Below are positions 1 to 13,089 of a stretch of 64,000 nucleotides of DNA, piece after piece. The DNA lies in assembly GCA_951406725.2 (NCBI GenBank), contig OX597835.1:13330001-13394000 (forward strand), given 5' to 3'. A model generated the notes under the pieces. That model was not told the origin of the DNA, made no database searches, and worked only from the letters and a program-made list of their open reading frames with translations. The translations under genes were made by a program, and so were the position numbers. This DNA is from Octopus vulgaris. Taxonomy: Eukaryota. Each line of letters begins with the position of its first letter. Position 1 is the first letter of the stretch.

Positions 1-214
1 ATATATATAAGGGAACTGTTATTGAGTATATATATCGGGAAATCTATAAGTCAAAACAATTTGTTGGCCTTTTTGGTTTTTTAATTATTGTTCATGTTAT
101 ATGATATTGTGTTATATCATATTCATAGTATTTAATGTAATATTGTGATATAAATAAATTATTGGATTGTCAATAGTATCTCTCTAATTTATCTTTATAT
201 ACATATATACATAT

Positions 215-339
215 CTTTTACTCTTTTACTTGTTTCAGTCATTTGACTGCGGCCATGCTGGAGCACCACCTTTATTCGAGCAAATCGACCACAGGACTTA
301 GTTTTTGTAAGCCGCAATGTTGGGGTGGACAAACACAGA

Positions 340-397
<58 letters not shown>

Positions 398-808
398 ATA
401 CTGGCGACGAGCTGGCAGAAACGTTAGCACGCCGGGTGCAATGCTAAGCGGTATTTCGCCCGTCTTCATGTCCTGAGTTCAAATTCCGCCAAGGTCCACT
501 TTGCCTTTCATCCTTTCGGGGTTGATAAATTAAGTACTAGTTACGCACTGGGGTTGATGTAATCGACTTAATCCCTTTGTCTGTCCTTGTTTGTCCCCTC
601 TGTGTTTAGCCCCTTGTGGGTAGTAAAGAAATATATATATTTACGACGGGCTTCTTTCAGTTTCTGTCCACTAAATCCACTCACAATGCTTTGGTTGGCC
701 CGAGGCTATAGTAGAAGACACTTTCCCAAAGTGCCACGCAGTAGGACCGAACCCAGAACCATGTGGTTGGTAAGCAAGCTACTTACCACGCAGCCACTCC
801 TGCACCTA
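215..808 (-). mobile_element. SINE family A copy split by a nested family B SINE
   Basis: 3' part at 215-340 and tRNA-like 5' part at 641-808 match the intact copy at 10233-10645; family B sits in its internal microsatellite. Confidence 0.8.
403..633 (+). mobile_element. SINE family B (GGCGGCGAGCTGGCAGAA... head, GCCTTTCATCCTTTCGGGGTCGATAAATTAAGTACCAG core)
   Basis: Near-identical to 3151-3382 and 9566-9803; B-box-like GAGTTCAAATTCC. Confidence 0.85.
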
Positions 809-823
809 TATATATATATATAT

Positions 824-1253
824 ACTCTTACTCTTTTACTCTTTTACTTGTTTCAGTCATTTGACTGCGGCCATGCTGGAGCACCGCCTTTAGTCGATCG
901 AGCAAATCGACCCCAGGACTTATTCTTTGCAAGCCTAGTACTTATTCTAACGGTCTTTTTTGCCGAACCGCTAAGTTATGGGGACGTAAACACACCAGCA
1001 TCAGTTGTCAAGCAATGCTAGGGGGGACAAACACAGACACACAAACACATACACACACACATACATATATATATATAAATACATATATACGACAGGCTTC
1101 TTTCAGTTTCTGTCTACCAAATCCACTCACAATGCTTTGGTTGGCCCAAGCCTATAGTAGAAGACACTTACCCAAAGTGCCATGCAGTGGGACTGAACCC
1201 GGAACCATGTGATTGGTTAGCAATCTACTTACAACACAGCCACTCCTGCACCT
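824..1253 (-). mobile_element. SINE family A, full length
   Basis: Reverse complement of 10233-10645, with internal microsatellite. Confidence 0.85.
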
Positions 1254-1640
1254 ATATATATATATATAAGTTTGTTTTTTTTTTGTATGCATTCATCTGT
1301 TGGAGATACTTTCTTAGTTCACTTTGAATTTCGCCCATTTTGGATTGCCTTGATAACATTGTGTTAGATATTTTCAGAGACATTAATGCGATTGGTATCT
1401 TATATGTTGTTCTCCGTCTAAATATAATGGCACAACAGAAATGACTTGTGATAATGTATGGATGAAGGGTGTAATCACCAATTAAAGATATGATTATCTC
1501 CATTCTTTTTCTTGTTTTATATATACATATATGTATACATATGTGTGTATATATGCATGTGTATATATACGCATATGTATCTAACTATCTATCTGTCTGT
1601 CTGTCTGTGTATCTATCTATCTAAATGTATATGTATATAT

Positions 1641-2024
1641 TCTTTTACTCTTTTACTTGTTTCAATCATTTGACTGTGACCATGCTGGAGCACCGCCTTT
1701 AGTCGAGCAAATCAACCCTAGAACTTATTCTTTGTAAGCGTAGTACTTATTCTATCGGTCTCTTTTGCCGAACTGCTAAGTTACAGGGATGTAAACACAC
1801 CAGCATCGGTTGTCAAGCGATGTTGGGGGGGACAAACACACACACACACACACATACACATGATGGGCTTCTTTCAGTTTCCGTCTACCAGATCCACTCA
1901 CAAGGCTTTGGTTGGCCCAAGGCTATAGTAGAAGACACTTGCCCAAGGTGCCATGCAGTGGGACTGAATCCGGAACCATGTGGTTGGTAAACAAGCTACT
2001 TATCACAGAGCCACTCCTATGCCT
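1641..2024 (-). mobile_element. SINE family A, full length
   Basis: Same consensus as other A copies. Confidence 0.85.
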
Positions 2025-2225
2025 ATATATATATTTATATATATATATATATACACACAGCAAGAAGAAAATCATGGGGGATGCAGAGGAGGTATGCATC
2101 AACTGTTAGGCATTATATTATGTCTATTTATTTTAAACAATTATGAGTATATATATACATATGTAAAGATTGTCTTTTACATACATAAGTACCAGTAATT
2201 TCTAGAATAGAGAAAGAAGAACAGT

Positions 2226-2351
2226 TGCTTACAGCTGTTTCTGTCAAGAGGTCACAGTACCCCACATGTTATTTCCATCTTTTCTGTGTACTGTAGTGAT
2301 CGGTAGATAAAATTAGGGTACTTGGGTGTGCCTCTAGGCTTTATCAGAGAG
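2226..2351 (-). ncRNA. Degenerate type I hammerhead-like motif with long stem II
   Basis: Minus strand: CT CTGATAA AGCCTAGAGG...CCTCTTGACA GAAA CAGCTG TA AG; palindromic ACAGCTGT stem III, core G8>A, weak stem I. Confidence 0.5.
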
Positions 2352-2401
2352 TTTAGAAGAGGGTCTAAAACGTTCAGAAGGCTAATTTATGTATATATAA
2401 A

Positions 2402-2648
2402 TGCCGGTGGCATGTAAAAAGCACCATCCGATCGTGGCTGTTTGCCAGCCTCGTCTGGCACCTGTGCCGGTGTCACATAAAAAGCACCCACTACTCTCAT
2501 GGAGTGGTTGGCGTTAGGAAGGACATCCAGCTGTAGAAACTGCCAGATCAGACTGGGCCTGGTGCAGCCTTCTGGCTTCCCAGACCCCAGTTGAACCGTC
2601 CAACCCATGCTAGCATGGAAAGTGGACGCTAAATGATGATGGTGATGA
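2402..2648 (+). mobile_element. Retroposon family C (ends CCAACCCATGCTAGCATGGAAAG...GATGATGAT)
   Basis: Matches 7612-8083, 22283-22613 and other copies; (GAT)n tail. Confidence 0.8.
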
Positions 2649-2653
2649 CACTC

Positions 2654-2700
<47 letters not shown>

Positions 2701-3150
2701 CATATATGCATGTACACACATACACATACAACACCACTATGTATAGGTAGATAGATTCGAAAACTGCACAGTAGGATGACAAAGAGGCACACAGACAAAT
2801 GACTTACAAGACATGAACATACTTTTCCCCACATCACTTATCGTTCAAAAATCATTACAATTTCACACCTTTAACAGTATGATTGTTCACTCTGGTGGGA
2901 GTAAAAACAAACGAGCAACACTGGGTGTTGGTACAAGTATAAATATACACATAATAACAGAAAGGCCTTGCGGCTTTGAGATAGCGTTGAGACAAGTCAT
3001 GTAGAAGTAACACTAATGGAAAGTGATGTCCTTTACGACTGGAAAATGAAAGTAGTGAGACGGAAAGGATGGAATATATATATATATGTATGTATACATA
3101 TATATATGTATACATATATTTATGTATGTATACATATATACATATATATA

Positions 3151-3380
3151 AGGCGGCGAGCTGGTAGAAACGTTAGCGTGCCGGGTGAAATGCGTAGCCA
3201 TATTTCGCCTGCGTTACGTTCTGGGTTCAAATTCCGCCAAGGTCCACTTTGCCTTTCATCCTTTCGGGGGTCGATAAATTAAGTACCAGTTACGCACTGG
3301 GGTTGATGTAATCGACTTAACCCGTTTGTCTGTCCTTGTTTGTCCTCTCTGTGTTTAGCCCCTTGTGGGTAGTAAAGAAA

Positions 3381-3382
<2 letters not shown>
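3151..3382 (+). mobile_element. SINE family B
   Basis: Full copy between (TA)-rich tracts. Confidence 0.85.
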
Positions 3383-3413
<31 letters not shown>

Positions 3414-4149
3414 ATGTGTGCATGTGTGTTAATATGTGTATGTATACACATGCACGCACATATACACACTCACACGCACACACATATAATGAATTCCGAA
3501 TTTTAAAGAGAAACAGCAAAGGAGCAAATGGAAAATTCACACAGGGGATGGGATGCTGCTAATTCCTCATCAGTTATCAGTGTTTCGCTGTCATCATCAT
3601 TTAAAGTCCATTTTCCATGCTAGCATGGGTTGGACGGTTTGACTAAAGCTGCCAAGCCAGAGGGATGTCATGCCAAACTCTAATGCCTAGTTTTGGCCTA
3701 GCTGGATGCCCTCCCTAAAGCCAACCACTTCACAGAGTGCACTGGGTGCTACAGAGAGACGGTGAGAGAGAGAGAGAGGGGGGAGACAGTATACTTAAGG
3801 GTCAGAGGGGTGAGGTGTGTTCCTTAGTGACTGAGTGCCACTCATTCAAGTAGCACTTCTCTAAGTGCAGTTTAGGCTGTCTGTGATTCTCGAAAGCAGT
3901 CTTGAGGGTGACAGACACTGCCTTCTTTTCCCAAAATGAATTTATTAAAATCTCATGGCTAAGGGGTGGGGGGTGGAGGGGGTCGATGAGGCCAATATAT
4001 ATAACGAGATGTGACTGTTTGGTACTAATTATAGCCGTTGAAGTAGACAATAAAAATTGTAATTAGTAGTTAATAACATGATGGAAACTAATGAACAATA
4101 TTTATTATATGGTCTGGTGAAGTAATATCACTGCCACCATTATAGAAAG

Positions 4150-4632
4150 GGGTAGAGGTGGCGGTTATGGTTGTGGTGGTGGTGGTGGTGATTGTGGAGG
4201 TAGTGTTTTTGTAGTGGTGGCAGTCATAGTACAAGTTCTTGTAGTGTTAGTGGTCTGGTGGTCATAGTGGTGATGGTTTAGTGGTAGTAGTAGCAGTTGA
4301 AGTGGTGGTGTTGGTGGTTGTGGTGGTGGTAGTGGTGGTGTTGGTTGAGGTACAAGTGGTGGTCGCAGTAGTGACAGTGCCAGTAGTAATAGCCATAGTA
4401 GTAGCAGCAGTTGTGGTGGTGGTGGTGGTGATAGTAACAGTGGTACTAGTGTTAGTAGTAGTGGTGTCGGTAATGGAGTTGCTTGTGGTCGTAATGGTGT
4501 CGGTGATAGTAGAAATACTCATGGTAGTAGTGATGGTAACAGTGATAGTCTTGGTGGTGGTGGTGGTGGTGGTGGTAGCGTTGTTGTTGTTGTTCTTCTT
4601 GCTGGTGGTGGTGGTGATGGTGGTGGTGGTAA
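4150..4632. repeat. Degenerate (GTG/GTA)n trinucleotide tract
   Basis: Directly visible; source of the poly-V and poly-T ORFs. Confidence 0.9.
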
Positions 4633-5102
4633 TAAATCTGTTGTGTCGCGTTGTAGTACATCTTACCTATATTCTGTATCACAGCTAACAAATCTTAACC
4701 TCAGAAAACAAAAAAAAAGAGCCAAAAAATAACCATCCTCTTTGACCTCTCTCCACTTCCCACCATCTCCAACACCCTCCATCGACCCCCCCACCACAAC
4801 CACCACCCCCACACACACACACACACACACACACATCTATATTCATACGCTCTCATAAGTGTTTATATTGTTTATTTGACTGCATTCCATAAATCACTTT
4901 ATAATTATATGTAATTATATACCATGAAAGCCTGTCTTATATTTCATGTAAACCTGATCCGCAATCTGTAAGCTATCGCTTATGACTCAGTATGTTTACT
5001 ATTGATTACAGCGTTGATATATATTATTGGGTTGCGGAATATTGCCGTTTTAATCTAATGTGAAGTAGATAAGAAACTAAAAACAATATATTTCCTGAGA
5101 TT

Positions 5103-5160
<58 letters not shown>

Positions 5161-5214
5161 AAACAAATATATCTATATATCTATAATGTGTATATATAAA
5201 TATATATATAAATG

Positions 5215-5245
<31 letters not shown>

Positions 5246-7105
5246 GTATATATATATATATATATATATACATATATATGTATGTATGTATGTATGTATA
5301 TATATATATATATATATGTATAAATATATACATATATATATATAGCCAAATATTTGAGTGTTGGTTGTATTATTGTTGTATTGAAAATAAAAATCATTTA
5401 CCAAATATGAGAAACCAGTTATTTATATTTGTGTGTATATTTGCATATATATATGTTTGTGTATCTCTCTCTCTCTCTCTCTCTCTCTCTTTGTAAGTGT
5501 GTGTGTATATATATCTATATATATGCGTCCATGTGTGTGTTTATATATGTATATATATGTGTCCATGTGTGTGTATTTAGAAAGGTATCCAGCCATGGAA
5601 ACTTAGGCAAAGGTGAAAGCTGGGTGTGAGGCATCTTTCCGGCCTGTCAAGAAGAGCGGCAGTGACCCAATCAACCCATGCTAGCACGGAAAGCAGAAGC
5701 GAAAAGATGATGGTGGTATGTGTGGGGGTATGGGGGGTATTGGTGATTGTGTGGATGATGAAGGCGATGACAATGGTGATGATGATAATGGTAGTGGGGG
5801 AAGATGAGGATGAGAAGACGCTGGTAGTGGTGGTGGTGGTGATGGTGGTGATGATAATAAATATGGTAAGAGAGTCTGTTCAGAAAGGATCAATTGCTTA
5901 ATTAAGCATTGCCAATTTAACTTCTTCAAATGTCTTTTGCTCGTTAGTGTCTTTATTAAGTAGTGATGTGGTCATTTGCATAACACCAGCCATTTTACAG
6001 GGTGTACTCGCACCTCTTCTCAGGGCGCTTGCACTAGTGAGGTCACCAAGTAAGTTGCAAGGCAGAAGACCAGGACCCCCCCCCCTTGACTTAATGGGGG
6101 AGAGTGGGTATTTGTGAGTGGGAGGGGACTTTATGGAAGGTGTTAAGGGAGTAATGTATGAGTGAGGGATGAACACAGGTGTGTTGCTATAGAGGAGATA
6201 CATAGGTACACACCCCCCCCGACATCATATGGGGGTGGGTGAGAATAGTGAAAAGGAAGATGATACTAGTGGGGTGCCAGAGCAAACTCTCCAGGTACAT
6301 GATGGTGAGAATAAGAGAGGATAAGGACAGTAGATTAGAGGGGGAGGAGAGGGGGTGGTCTTGTAAGAGTTCTTGGGGTGGGTGACAGATGGTCTAGAAG
6401 TTGGGGTAGAGGTAAACTGACTTCTGCAAATTCCCCTTCGGATTAGTTTTTGCCAATTTGGATCAACAATAATTTCCTTGGAACTCAGAACTTACCATGC
6501 GATAAGGCAGAATCTCTGGGTAAGATAAAGTTTTAATCCTTACCTTAACCCTTGTTTAGAAGAATTGGAGTTTGACCTTCCAGTTGGTGTGGGTTTTGTG
6601 TTTTTTTTTCGCGTTTTCCATCATTATTTCTTCTTTTTAATGTCCAGCTACTGCTCACAATATAGTCATAAGTTCAGGTCTTCCTAAAATCGTGTTTGAG
6701 GGTTTTACAGTAATGAAGGGCAAGAAACCAGTCTCTATAACAACAACAATAAGAAGACAAACACTCTACCCATAAAAGCATGAAAAAAATGGATAGAAAC
6801 CAGCAGAAATTATAAAAACAAGTATTTTTTTTTTTCTAATTGTATGTGACAGACTTGTGGTAAAACCATTCTTGACTCTGCAGCAATTCAGAGTTCATAG
6901 TTTTGGTAGATTCTATCAAATAGAAGTCTTTTTCAGGTCCCTCTGATGGTTACAGATATTACAGGGGAGATAATCATTTTTGTCACACTACAGTGCAGGA
7001 TCAAACATTTGAATTTAAAATTTAGGCATTAAAAGGAAAAGGTGCATAAGATTCACACATACACATATATATGTATATATATTTCTATATATAATATACA
7101 TATAT

Positions 7106-7214
<109 letters not shown>

Positions 7215-7246
7215 ATATATATATATATATATACTGGAGTAAGCAC

Positions 7247-7303
7247 ATAACAAAACTGTCCGATGAACGGGAACGTGAAACTCTGAGTGACAGCTTTTGT
7301 TAT
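7247..7303 (+). ncRNA. Type I hammerhead-like motif in a ~95-bp insert between (TA)n tracts
   Basis: ATAACAAAA CTGT CCGATGA ACG GGAA CGT GAAA CTCTGAG T G ACAG C TTTTGTTAT; stems I-III all pair; U4>C and G at position 17 suggest this copy is inactive. Confidence 0.65.
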
Positions 7304-7325
7304 AAATCTGATACTTTTAAATAAA

Positions 7326-7360
<35 letters not shown>

Positions 7361-7499
7361 GTTTACTTAATACAAAGTTCTTTAAATTTCTGGTCAGTGG
7401 TAATCGTTTATCATACTATTTCATTCTTTTTAGAAATCTTCAGTATGGCATAACCTGTGACATTAATCAAACATTTTATTAAATGAAGCAGTCTGTTAA

Positions 7500-8174
7500 C
7501 CCTTTAGCATTTAAACAGGCCATAATACAGCCCAAATTTTCTACTTGTTTTATGCCCAAACCATCTAGATCTGGCCTTCAATGTCATTCTAAAAATAACC
7601 AGTCACATCATTGAACATCAATGGAATTTGTATCCTTGTGGTACCAGTGCCGGTGGCACATAAGAAAACCATCCGAACGTGACCGTAGCCAGTACCGCAA
7701 TGACTGGCCTCCGTGCTGAGGGCACGTAACAAACACCATCCGAGCGTGGCCGTCAGCCAGCCTCGTCTGGCACCTGTGTCGGTGGCACATAAAAAACACC
7801 ATCCGAGCGTGGCCGTCTGCCAGCCTCGTCTGGCACCTGTGTCGGTGGCACATAAAAAACACCATCCGAGCGTGGCCGTCTGCCAGCCTCGTCTGGCACC
7901 TGTGTCGGTGGCACATAAAATCACCCACTACACTCTCGGAGTGGTTGGCGTTAGGAAGGGCATCCAGCTGTAGAAACACTGCCACATCTGACTGGCCTGG
8001 TGCAGCCTTCGGGCTTCCCAGAACCCAGTTGAACCGTCCAACCCATGCTAGCATGGAAAGCGGACGTTAAACGATGATGATGATATCCCAAAGTTACAAG
8101 ATAATGCACGATTTATTCAAACCAATGTGAATAAAATGCCATGCGTTTGAGAGAGAAATCTGAACACTAAAGGG
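7500..8174. mobile_element. piggyBac-type MITE carrying a nested family C insertion
   Basis: TTAA|CCCTTTAGCATTTAAA ... TCTGAACACTAAAGGG|TTAA: imperfect TIRs and TTAA on both sides. Confidence 0.7.
7612..8083 (+). mobile_element. Retroposon family C with three internal 63-bp tandem repeats
   Basis: Units start near 7731, 7794 and 7857; they explain the 21-aa repeat ORFs. Confidence 0.85.
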
Positions 8175-8189
8175 TTAAAGATGGAAATA

Positions 8190-8960
8190 ATCTCAATCTG
8201 GAGGACTGTATAGAAGTTTGTTTATATTAATGGTTTTACTGGGTAGATTCAGTAATCTAAGGATGTTTTCTTGGTATTTCAACAAGATTAGGAGGCAGAC
8301 AAGTAGGTTATTAGTATTCAATTAGGAATTACAAGAGATTAGTAACAACTAAAGAAAGAAAAAATTCTATTCTAAATTGGGTGGTGGGAGATTCTAAATT
8401 ATTGTGTCTTTGAGGGAAAAGAACTGTAGATGTTGTTTGGTTCTGGGTTTTGAGTGGCTAAAATGTAAGAAGGAAGGCAGTTCCATAAGAAAAGTGCAAT
8501 ACCTCAGAATGGAATGTTGCACTGTACTAAAAGAAATCATATTTTTACCACCAGGACACAGTATGGTGTTGGAAAGGAATGCTAACCTACTTTTAAGAGA
8601 CTTTTTTTTTTAAATGCTATATTTTCAACTGAAGCTTAACTAATGAAAGTTTCCTCATTAGTGGGAAAATTCTAATTTGTCATGCCATAGGTTTCAAACA
8701 AAATATTTAATGGGGTAAAATTTCATGTCCTGTATAGATTTCAAATGCTCTGACAGTTTTCGCCCACCACATGTGTCCTCAATTGAATCACTGAATAATA
8801 TTTATTAATGTTCTGAGTTTATTTAAGGCCAAATTTGGATTGGTCTTTTACTTTCTCTCCAAGGTTGGATAATTTTCAACTGACTGACATCAGTTTCTAG
8901 CAAGCCTTAATTACATCACAACCATGTATCCTAGTTTTTGACTTGGCTTTACATCCTAAT
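8190..8960 (-). pseudogene. Possible highly decayed LINE fragment (I-group RNase H / zinc-knuckle region)
   Basis: Only short motifs on the minus strand (ILFSDS; TVQH..LRYC) with many stops and frameshifts. Confidence 0.25.
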
Positions 8961-9107
8961 TAGGTCAATTTCACTTAATTATTTAAATTCAATTTTGAAA
9001 AGCTGATATCTCTCTGTAGTGAATTTTGCCTCTTATTCTTCTGGGATCAATATAATAAAGAGCATATCAGTCATGTACTAGGGCCGATATAATCATTAGC
9101 TCTTCTT

Positions 9108-9398
9108 AATCCTTTTTTCTCCTTGAGGAGCATAGGGCCTCAACAGTTGTTTTCCACTTTTTGCAGTCATTAGCATTTCTTGGCTGCTTCCCTTGTCAGG
9201 CCAGTGGTCCTGAGCTCATCCGAAATGCTCCGCTTCCATGTCTGCTTCAGGCATCCTCACTTCCTTTTCCCCTGCAGGTTACAGTCGGGTGCTTGTCGTG
9301 TCACATTTGAGGGTTCTTTCCTCAGTGTGTGTGTCCAATCCATCTCCATTTCCTTTATCTAATCTGAACATGTATGGGCTCCTGGTTGGCTCTTTCCC
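9108..9398 (-). pseudogene. RTE-clade LINE, ORF C-terminal remnant
   Basis: Minus strand reads WERANQEPIHVQIR*RKWRWIG/HTLRKEPSNVTRQA...QGKRK*G.LKQTWKRS...KWKTTVEALC, the typical RTE 3' end, with stops and frameshifts. Confidence 0.8.
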
Positions 9399-9565
9399 AC
9401 AGGTCGAGTATCATTAGATACCACCCCATAAAATGTCGGGCCTTGTGCTTACACAAGAAATTGATTTAACTTACCAACATTTTATAAACAAACTTTGAAA
9501 GCATTGAATGTGTTTGATATTTTACAGACAAGTACATTTTGAATACGGTATAGCTTTGAAATCAA

Positions 9566-9803
9566 AGGCGGCAAGCTGGCAGAAACGTTAGCACGCCGGG
9601 CGAAATGCTTAGCGGTATTTCGTCTGCCGTTACGTTCTGAGTTCAAATTCCGCCGAGGTCGAGTTTGCCTTTCATCCTTTCGGGGTCGATACATTAAGTA
9701 CCAGTTACGCACTGGGGTCGATGTAATCGACTTAATACCTATGTCTGTCCTTGTTTGTCCCCTCTGTGTTTAGCCCCTTGTGGGTAATAAAGAAATAGAA
9801 ATA
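9566..9803 (+). mobile_element. SINE family B with 15-bp target-site duplication
   Basis: GGTATAGCTTTGAAA at 9547-9561 and 9804-9818. Confidence 0.9.
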
Positions 9804-10232
9804 GGTATAGCTTTGAAAACAGCAGAAAAATTAGCTATTTTAGCCTTTTAAGATGAAAAAAATTGCCAGCAGATGGCTACGGGACTTGAACCCACACCCC
9901 TCAGATACCAGCTGAGTAGGTTTTTTTACTGTCGATTTTAATGGTAAATTATAGCTTTTGTAAAGTGGCAACATTTTATAAACAAACTTTGGAAGTATCA
10001 AATGTGTTTGGTATTTTACAGATAAGAAAGTAAACTTTAAATGTAGTATCTCCATGGAACAAGTCACGTAGCTGTCTGCTGGCATCTTCATCCATCTTAT
10101 AAGAGTAAAATACCAAATCTTTCTGCTGCTTTCAAGGCTATACTGCATTCAAAATATTATTTTCTTGTCTGTAAAATAATTTCGTTTAAATTAACCCTTT
10201 CACTGCGGAAATGAGATATATCCATTCAACAT

Positions 10233-10404
10233 AGGCGCAGGAGTGGCTGCGTGGTAAGTAGCTTGCTAACCAACCACATGGTTCCGGGTTCAGTCCCACT
10301 GCGTGGCATCTTGGGCAAGTGTCTTCTGCTATAGCCCCAGGCCGACCAATGCCTTGTGAGTGGATTTGGTAGACGGAAACTGAAAGAAGCCTGTCGTATA
10401 TATG

Positions 10405-10437
<33 letters not shown>

Positions 10438-10645
10438 TTGTGTGTCTGTGTTTGTCCCCCTAGCATTGCTTGACAACCGATGCTGGTGTGTTTATGTCCC
10501 CGTCACTTAGCGGTTTGGCAAAAGAGACCGATAGAATAAGTACTGGGCTTACAAAGAATAAGTCCCGGGGTCGATTTGCTCGACTAAAGGCGGTGCTCCA
10601 GCATGGCCACAGTCAAATGACTGAAACAAGTAAAAGAATAAAAGA
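10233..10645 (+). mobile_element. SINE family A reference copy (tRNA-derived head, CORE-like segment)
   Basis: A box TGGCTGCGTGG, B box GGTTCAGTCCC, MIR/CORE-like CTTGGGCAAGT, internal (TA)(TG) microsatellite, TAAAAGA tail; more than 15 copies or fragments in the window. Confidence 0.9.
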
Positions 10646-11089
10646 AAGAATTTCTTTACCCGTAACTGCAAAAAGCAGTTTTATGCACCGGTCTGTCTTT
10701 TGTTGTAGAACTTCATGGTTGAAATTATTTTTTGCTGAAATGTGTCAAGTTTATTGAAGCAATGGGACTTGTCTGTGCATTGTGTTCTTGAGCAAAACAC
10801 TTCATTTCACATTATTCCAGTTTACTCTGCTGCAAATGGATAACCCTGTGACAGCGTAGCCTTCCGATATGTGGAAATCTTGGCCTGCACATATAGCCAG
10901 TGGGGCCGCATCATTAAAAAGCTAAAATGATGTGAAGCGCACTGTGACCAGCGTTGTATATCAACATCTGATAGTCTGGTCGATCACATGATAACATGAT
11001 TTAACATCATTACTGGAATAACCATTAAAATTTAAAGCAATAATACATCTCTGAACGAGGTATAAACAGTAACTTCACGACAATGTGAG

Positions 11090-11426
11090 GTATACTTGCC
11101 ATCTCAATATGGCTAACCACTAAGGGTGAATGTTACTGTAGCTTTTAGCCCCAGGAGATCATCGTCTCCAGCTGGCTTTAGGCACACTTTCTGTGCCCTT
11201 ATGGTATTTGCAAAGGGAGGTCATCCCTCTCTCATCAACCTGAGTGATACGCACGGACTGCAGTTTCTAGGTATTTGCCTGTCTTCAGCTGAAGACCTCC
11301 CTTTGCAAATACCATAAGGGCACATAAAGTGTGCCTAAAGCCAGCTGGAGACGATGATCTCCTGGGGCTACAAGCTACAGTAACACCCACCCTTAGTGAT
11401 TAGCCATATTGAGATGGCTAGTATAC
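11090..11426. mobile_element. Fold-back element: ~133-bp inverted arms around a hammerhead-bearing spacer (Penelope pLTR-like)
   Basis: Arms 11090-11222 and 11294-11426 are near-perfect reverse complements. Confidence 0.75.
11251..11289 (-). ncRNA. Type I hammerhead core, stem I truncated by the inversion junction
   Basis: Minus strand: G CTGAAGA CAGG CAAATA CCTA GAAA CTGCAG TC C; palindromic ACTGCAGT, GUC triplet. Confidence 0.7.
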
Positions 11427-13089
11427 TTTCCATTAAATTTAATTTTTCTGTTAAATAGGTAATGTTACATTTCTATTAAGATGGAAGGACTTGGCCCTTT
11501 CTAACAGATAACCCAATCTTAGTCGCAGTTTCAGAGAGACACACCTACGTATCATTCTCAGAATACAGCCTTGTATAAAATTTGTGTCATAAACATTGCT
11601 GGAAACCTTTGTTTACGACAATAAATGCATGAGAACAGCAAAAGGCTCTCCACCCATTTTCTAGACACGACAACAAATCATGTTTAATTAAATGTGATTG
11701 CTTCAAAATTCCAAAATTTTTTCAAACCTCTTGTAACTCCCAAATTTCTTTTGAATTCTTCTGTTTGAGAACCTTTGCACTCAATGATCACAGCTACAGC
11801 ATGGAGAAATAATTTTTAGTCAATTTAAAATCATGACTGCAATGATAAAAAAAATTGTCATTATAAGTAATGAAAATTACTTTCAAAAAGGAAAAGGGAG
11901 AGAACTCTTGGACTATATTTAGTAATCTGTTTAGATTCATATTCATATTTCTTCTTATTTTCTAACTAGATTTATTACTGGGTCATAGTGGCAGAGAAGG
12001 GGACAGTGAGAAAGAAGGGGAGCTATGGCTGATGTACATATAAAATGTTTCCTCTGGGTTTTACTCCTTACTGTGGCATCAAAGAACGTGTAGAATCTTC
12101 CAGCCAGGTGGATCCTCAGAGTAACATTGAATGACCACAAGGAGTAAACAGCTTTATTTCTTGGCACCGTGGACATTTGGGATAAAATTGGACAAAAGAA
12201 GACAAACTAAGACTAAGACACCCTCACACACACACACACACACAGAGTTTACTGATGAGATCCAGAGATTCTTTGTGCAGAAGACACTTAGCAGTGCCCA
12301 AAAGGTTCAAACTTAGATTCCAATATCTTTACAGGGGATCATTCCACAAGATAAAGAAACATTTACTTTGGATCACTCTTATATTTATATCTATGTAGAT
12401 AGATAGACAGATAGATATATCTATATAGACAGATAGGTACATAGATGGACAGATAGCTAGGTAGATAGAGATAGGCATCGTGTGTGTCATACATAAACTC
12501 TTTTACTGTATATAGTGTACAGAAAATGGCTCATAAGAGTCAGTCACTGGTAATCTTGATGGACAGCCTTTGCTTGCACCACAAGAATTTCCTAACACTT
12601 CCACCACCACCACCACTACCACCACTACTACTCTTGTTGCCGCTTGCTGGGTTTTATTGGTTAAGTAATATCACATGGTGGCAAAGCTATCGAATGCATC
12701 TCTGCGAATGTTAATATCACATCGAAACAGATTCCACCGTTGACAGACCTTACTGATGCTTCACTTTGAATTATCTGTTGGTTGTGAGTTATTGTTCGGT
12801 AATTACACATAAGGGTTTGACCCCTGTCAACTCTCAACATTGCTAAACTAACAACGGTTCCGGCAAAGAAATAATACGCTTGGCAATAATTGGCAGCGAC
12901 AACCAAGCAACGGCAGCCACGATGGTGTGACGCTTTCATTACTTGCAGGAATTTTTTCGTAGTCACAAAGAGAACTTCATTTAAATCGCTCTGGTTTAAT
13001 ATAAAGCTGCAATAGCAGAGTTAACACTTACTGAAAATAATCCTTTCTTCTGTAGGCACAAGGCATGAAATTTTGCGGGAGGGGTCTGG

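Noticed and set aside
1-196. Possible further pLTR/HHR half (GAAATCTATAAGTC) at the window start, and a similar insert at 1270-1520
   Set aside because: No CUGANGA partner or pairing stems could be assembled within the window
12026-12150. Signal-peptide-like micro-ORF MADVHIKCFLWVLLLTVASKNV and an imperfect ~90-nt hairpin
   Set aside because: Stops after 22 codons without a good donor; the hairpin loop is too large for a pre-miRNA and no known miRNA was recognised anywhere in the window
12250-12360. CTGATGA GATCC...GGATC hammerhead-like start
   Set aside because: No GAAA follows the putative stem II and no stem I or III forms
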